Shown: positions 60,913 to 64,000 of the stretch, one piece after another
Layout of the letters: the number at the start of each line of letters is the position of its first letter
Position numbering within the stretch: position 1 is the stretch's first letter
Assembly: GCA_963765675.1 (NCBI GenBank)
Contig: CAVXXK010000014.1
Coordinates: 1-64,000 of the forward strand
Direction of reading: 5' to 3'
Source of the DNA: an uncultured delta proteobacterium
GTDB taxonomy: Bacteria; Desulfobacterota; Binatia; Binatales; Binataceae
DNA length: 64,000 nt
Notes under the pieces: generated by a model
Databases searched by the model: none
What the model was told of the DNA's origin: nothing
What the model saw: the letters and a program-made list of their open reading frames with translations, nothing else
Made by a program: the position numbers and the translations under genes

Positions 60913-62412
60913 ATGAACCCCGCAAAACCGATCAGTATCGCGCCTTATCTCGACGTAGTTTACCGTCATCGCCTGATCGCGATTTGCGTCCTCGCGTTGG
61001 GAATAGGCACCACTCTTTCGCTTATCCTGATGCTGCCGAACGTATACAGGTCAACTGCTGTCATCGTCATCGAGCCTCCGCAGGTATCGCCCAACTATGT
61101 TGATGTGAGCAATGGTTCAGATGCCAGGCAAAACATCAACGTGGCGGATCAACTCGAGGCACTCGCGCATCAGGCATTCAGCCAAGCGCGACTGGAGGAA
61201 TTGATTCGAGAATTCAATCTCTACCACGTGCGTCCTGGTCAATCGCTTGACCCTACCATCCGTTACATGGGGCGCCATATAGACCTGGTCGTTCCGCAGG
61301 ACGCCATTCTTTACGAGAATTCGCGGTCGTCAGAGGAAGCTCCGGATGTGCTCAAGCTTTCGTTTGAGTATTCGAACCCGAAGATTGCCCAGCAGGTAAC
61401 CGCTCAACTCGCCAATAACTATATTAACGAGGGCTATCGGGAGCGAATCCAGCGGGCCGAAGACGCGGTGCGCTTTCTAACCACCCAGGTCGCTCGATCC
61501 GATGCCGAGCTGGAGGCCAAGGGGAAGCAGGTCCAGGATCTCGAACGACGCTATGAAGGAAGTCTGCCAGAAGAACTCGAGCCTAACCTGGCGGAACTGG
61601 GGCGTCTCCAAAACCAACTCAGCATGATCAATCAAGAGCTCGCGACTCAGCGTGTCACGCCGATGGGTAACGGCCAGACGGTTGCAATGACGCCCCAGCA
61701 GGAACTTCCGGTGCTGCAGCTTAGGCTCGCAGGACTTCGCGCGGAATATAGTGACGAGTATCCCGACGTCGTTCAGCTCAAGGAGCAAATCGAAGATCTC
61801 AAGCAGCAGATCCGCAAGAATCACGCAGCGGGGGTTGAGGCCGCAGCCACTGCAGATAACGGAACGGGCAGCGATACAGGGTCCGTTCAAGCCAATATGG
61901 AGCGCCAGGCCGCGATGCTTTCCGCACAGATCGCGTCTCTCAATGCCAAGATCGCGGTTACGCCCGTGCATGGGCAAGAACTCGATGCTCTCAGACGCGA
62001 CTATGATGCGTTAGACCTCGAATATCATAACTTGCTGAAGAAACAGCTCGGCGCACAGTTGCGCGACAGCCTTGAGAAGCGCCATCAGGACGAGCGCCTG
62101 CGTCTACTCGAAGTTGCTAATCTACCCAAGGAGCCAATCCGTCCGAACCGAATCGCGATCGGAATCTTTGGAGTGCTCTTCAGTATTTTGGCTGCGATCG
62201 GAGTGCCCTTCGCCCTCTACTTCACCGATACGTCCTTCAAGGAACCAGCAGAGCTTCAAAACGAATATGGGATCTCAGTTGTGGCGATGATCCCAGCGAT
62301 CAAGGTGCCTGCCGAACGCCGCGCGGCTACGATGCGCGCGGTTTTTGCATCGTCGGCCGGGATGTTGGTAATCGCAGCCGCGATTTGGACGTACGCGATC
62401 ATGGTGTTTTGA
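60913..62412 (+). CDS. Polysaccharide chain-length determinant/co-polymerase (GumC/Wzc N-terminal type)
   Basis: TM-coiled coil-TM layout; YSDEYPDV and ANLPKEPIRPNR motifs. Confidence 0.9.
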   Translation: MNPAKPISIAPYLDVVYRHRLIAICVLALGIGTTLSLILMLPNVYRSTAVIVIEPPQVSPNYVDVSNGSDARQNINVADQLEALAHQAFSQARLEELIREFNLYHVRPGQSLDPTIRYMGRHIDLVVPQDAILYENSRSSEEAPDVLKLSFEYSNPKIAQQVTAQLANNYINEGYRERIQRAEDAVRFLTTQVARSDAELEAKGKQVQDLERRYEGSLPEELEPNLAELGRLQNQLSMINQELATQRVTPMGNGQTVAMTPQQELPVLQLRLAGLRAEYSDEYPDVVQLKEQIEDLKQQIRKNHAAGVEAAATADNGTGSDTGSVQANMERQAAMLSAQIASLNAKIAVTPVHGQELDALRRDYDALDLEYHNLLKKQLGAQLRDSLEKRHQDERLRLLEVANLPKEPIRPNRIAIGIFGVLFSILAAIGVPFALYFTDTSFKEPAELQNEYGISVVAMIPAIKVPAERRAATMRAVFASSAGMLVIAAAIWTYAIMVF

Positions 62413-62416
62413 GACC

Positions 62417-63487
62417 ATGGCTGTTTACGAGGAATACTATCAATGCCGGCGGGAGCCCTTCAGTCTGAGCCCCGATCCGAGCTTCCTTTACGCCGCGGAA
62501 CCTCATCGTGAAGCACTCGCTCAGCTTCGCTACCTGGTGCAGGAGCGCAAAGGATTTGCCGTGGTGACAGGCGAGGTTGGAACCGGCAAAACCATGCTGT
62601 TGCGAAGTCTTATCGAGTCCGCCGGCCCCAAAGTTCAGACCGGCTATGTCTTCAATCCACCACGCAGCATTGGCGCGCTCTACGATGCGATAGGCCTCGA
62701 ACTGGGAATCACACTGAACGGGGTAACCAATCCGGCAGTCGTTCTGAACCGCCATCTTCTTTCTGCTTACGAAAATGGCGGGACAGTCGTAATGATATTC
62801 GATGAGGCTCAGTCGCTCGCGGTCGAGTTATTGGAAGAGATTCGTCTGCTCACAAACATCGAAACATCCAGCACCAAACTCGCTCAGGTGATTCTGGCTG
62901 GACAACCTGAATTCGATACGATGATCGACTCGACGGAGCTGCGTGCGCTGCGCCAACGGTTGGTGTTTCGCTACTCGCTCCCGGCGCTTAGTCCCTCGGA
63001 CACCGTGCGCTATATCGCCGCCAGGCTCGGGTCCGCGGGCGCGAAGCGCTCGCCATTCACGCTTAGGGCGTGCGAGGCCGTGCATCGCTATTCTGGCGGG
63101 GTTCCGCGTCTGGTGAATGTCATATGCGACAACGCCATGCTCGCTGGCTACGCGGCCGAGACACCAATAATCGAAGAAGAAGATATCGCATCAGCGGCGT
63201 CCGATCTCCGGCTCATCAGCGCACCGCACCGGGCCTACCAGCGAGCTCGAGCCTCGGGTTACGAGAGCCCCCGTCTGCGCTCTCAGCATCGTCGCCTAAT
63301 CTACGGCATCGAAATCGCTTGCGTAATGCTGGCAGTGGCTATCGTGGCGGTTATCTTCGTGGTTTTACTGAACAGTAGAAGTTCTGCTCCGCTGACCCAG
63401 ATGGGAGGTATGTTCGGAAATACCCTGCATTGGCTCAGTGAGAAGGCCAGTAATGAGATTCATCTTGGACGTTTTCAACAATCTTGA
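62417..63487 (+). CDS. ExeA-family AAA ATPase (PEP-CTERM locus type)
   Basis: PFSLSPDP, GEVGTGKT, DEAQ, GQPE and GVPRLVN motifs. Confidence 0.9.
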   Translation: MAVYEEYYQCRREPFSLSPDPSFLYAAEPHREALAQLRYLVQERKGFAVVTGEVGTGKTMLLRSLIESAGPKVQTGYVFNPPRSIGALYDAIGLELGITLNGVTNPAVVLNRHLLSAYENGGTVVMIFDEAQSLAVELLEEIRLLTNIETSSTKLAQVILAGQPEFDTMIDSTELRALRQRLVFRYSLPALSPSDTVRYIAARLGSAGAKRSPFTLRACEAVHRYSGGVPRLVNVICDNAMLAGYAAETPIIEEEDIASAASDLRLISAPHRAYQRARASGYESPRLRSQHRRLIYGIEIACVMLAVAIVAVIFVVLLNSRSSAPLTQMGGMFGNTLHWLSEKASNEIHLGRFQQS

Positions 63488-63507
63488 GAGTATAGACCGA
63501 GAGTACA

Positions 63508-64000
63508 ATGAGCCGAGTTTATGAGGCTTTGAAAAAGGCCGAAAGCCAGCGTGCCGCCGCGGAGCTCCGGATTGCAGAGGCGCCTTCAATCGTCGATGCG
63601 TCCGATTATCCTTCGGACAACGGAATGTCGAATCGAGCGCCGTCACGCGCCGATTTGCTCAAACCTGATGATGCGTCCTTCGACCGCATACAAGGGATGC
63701 CGCCCCTCGAGCCGGAGGCGGCCTCCTCAAATCGCGGCGGACCAATGCTGGTCGTGGGACGGCGCGAGTACGCTGCGGTTGCCGAACATTTCCATGTGTT
63801 TGGCCGAACTCTGCAAGATTGGGCGACCAGACACGAAAAACGGATTTTCACAATCACGAGCGCGCTAAGCGGCGAGGGCAAAAGCTTCGTTTCACTCAAC
63901 CTGGCCGCAAGCCTAGCCAGGTTTGGCAACCGGGTCATATTGGTCGACGCGGACCTACGTGCGTCGTCGCTCGATCGTACTTTCAATCTCGTCGGCGGGA
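63508..64000 (+). CDS. CpsD/CapB tyrosine-protein kinase (partial, runs off window; absent from ORF track)
   Basis: MSRVYEALKKAE..TITSALSGEGKSFVSLNLAASLA..VILVDADLR. Confidence 0.9.
   Translation, partial: MSRVYEALKKAESQRAAAELRIAEAPSIVDASDYPSDNGMSNRAPSRADLLKPDDASFDRIQGMPPLEPEAASSNRGGPMLVVGRREYAAVAEHFHVFGRTLQDWATRHEKRIFTITSALSGEGKSFVSLNLAASLARFGNRVILVDADLRASSLDRTFNLVGG

Overview
Bacterial chromosome segment, mostly very GC-rich. The gene content (several luciferase-like oxidoreductases, BldC/excisionase-like HTHs, diiron proteins, CoA transferase) is reminiscent of Candidatus Binatota or a related deltaproteobacterium-like lineage; this is inference only. Layout: (1) 1-2.1 kb, the visibly lower-GC end of an Rhs/polymorphic-toxin locus with toxin-tip relics, immunity-like genes and an HslV/BPH-like protease; (2) 2.7-42.1 kb, core chromosome with argJ, secA (two +1 frameshifts, probably assembly errors), murI, an SplB-like radical SAM/GT2/engB run, cinA/pgpA, a deoxyhypusine-synthase-like gene, cysQ, and a sigma-54 two-component + PspA operon, interspersed with REP/MITE-like palindromic repeats and a 4x ~58-bp tandem array; (3) tRNA-Ser(CGA) at 42327-42417 followed by lower-GC accessory DNA: an RcnR-like repressor with an atypical P1B ATPase, PhoU, an outer-membrane barrel, an AurF-like cluster, xth, and a PEP-CTERM/exosortase exopolysaccharide locus that runs off the window end. 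No CRISPR array, rRNA or intact transposase/integrase was seen. All family calls come from motif recognition by eye, not database searches.
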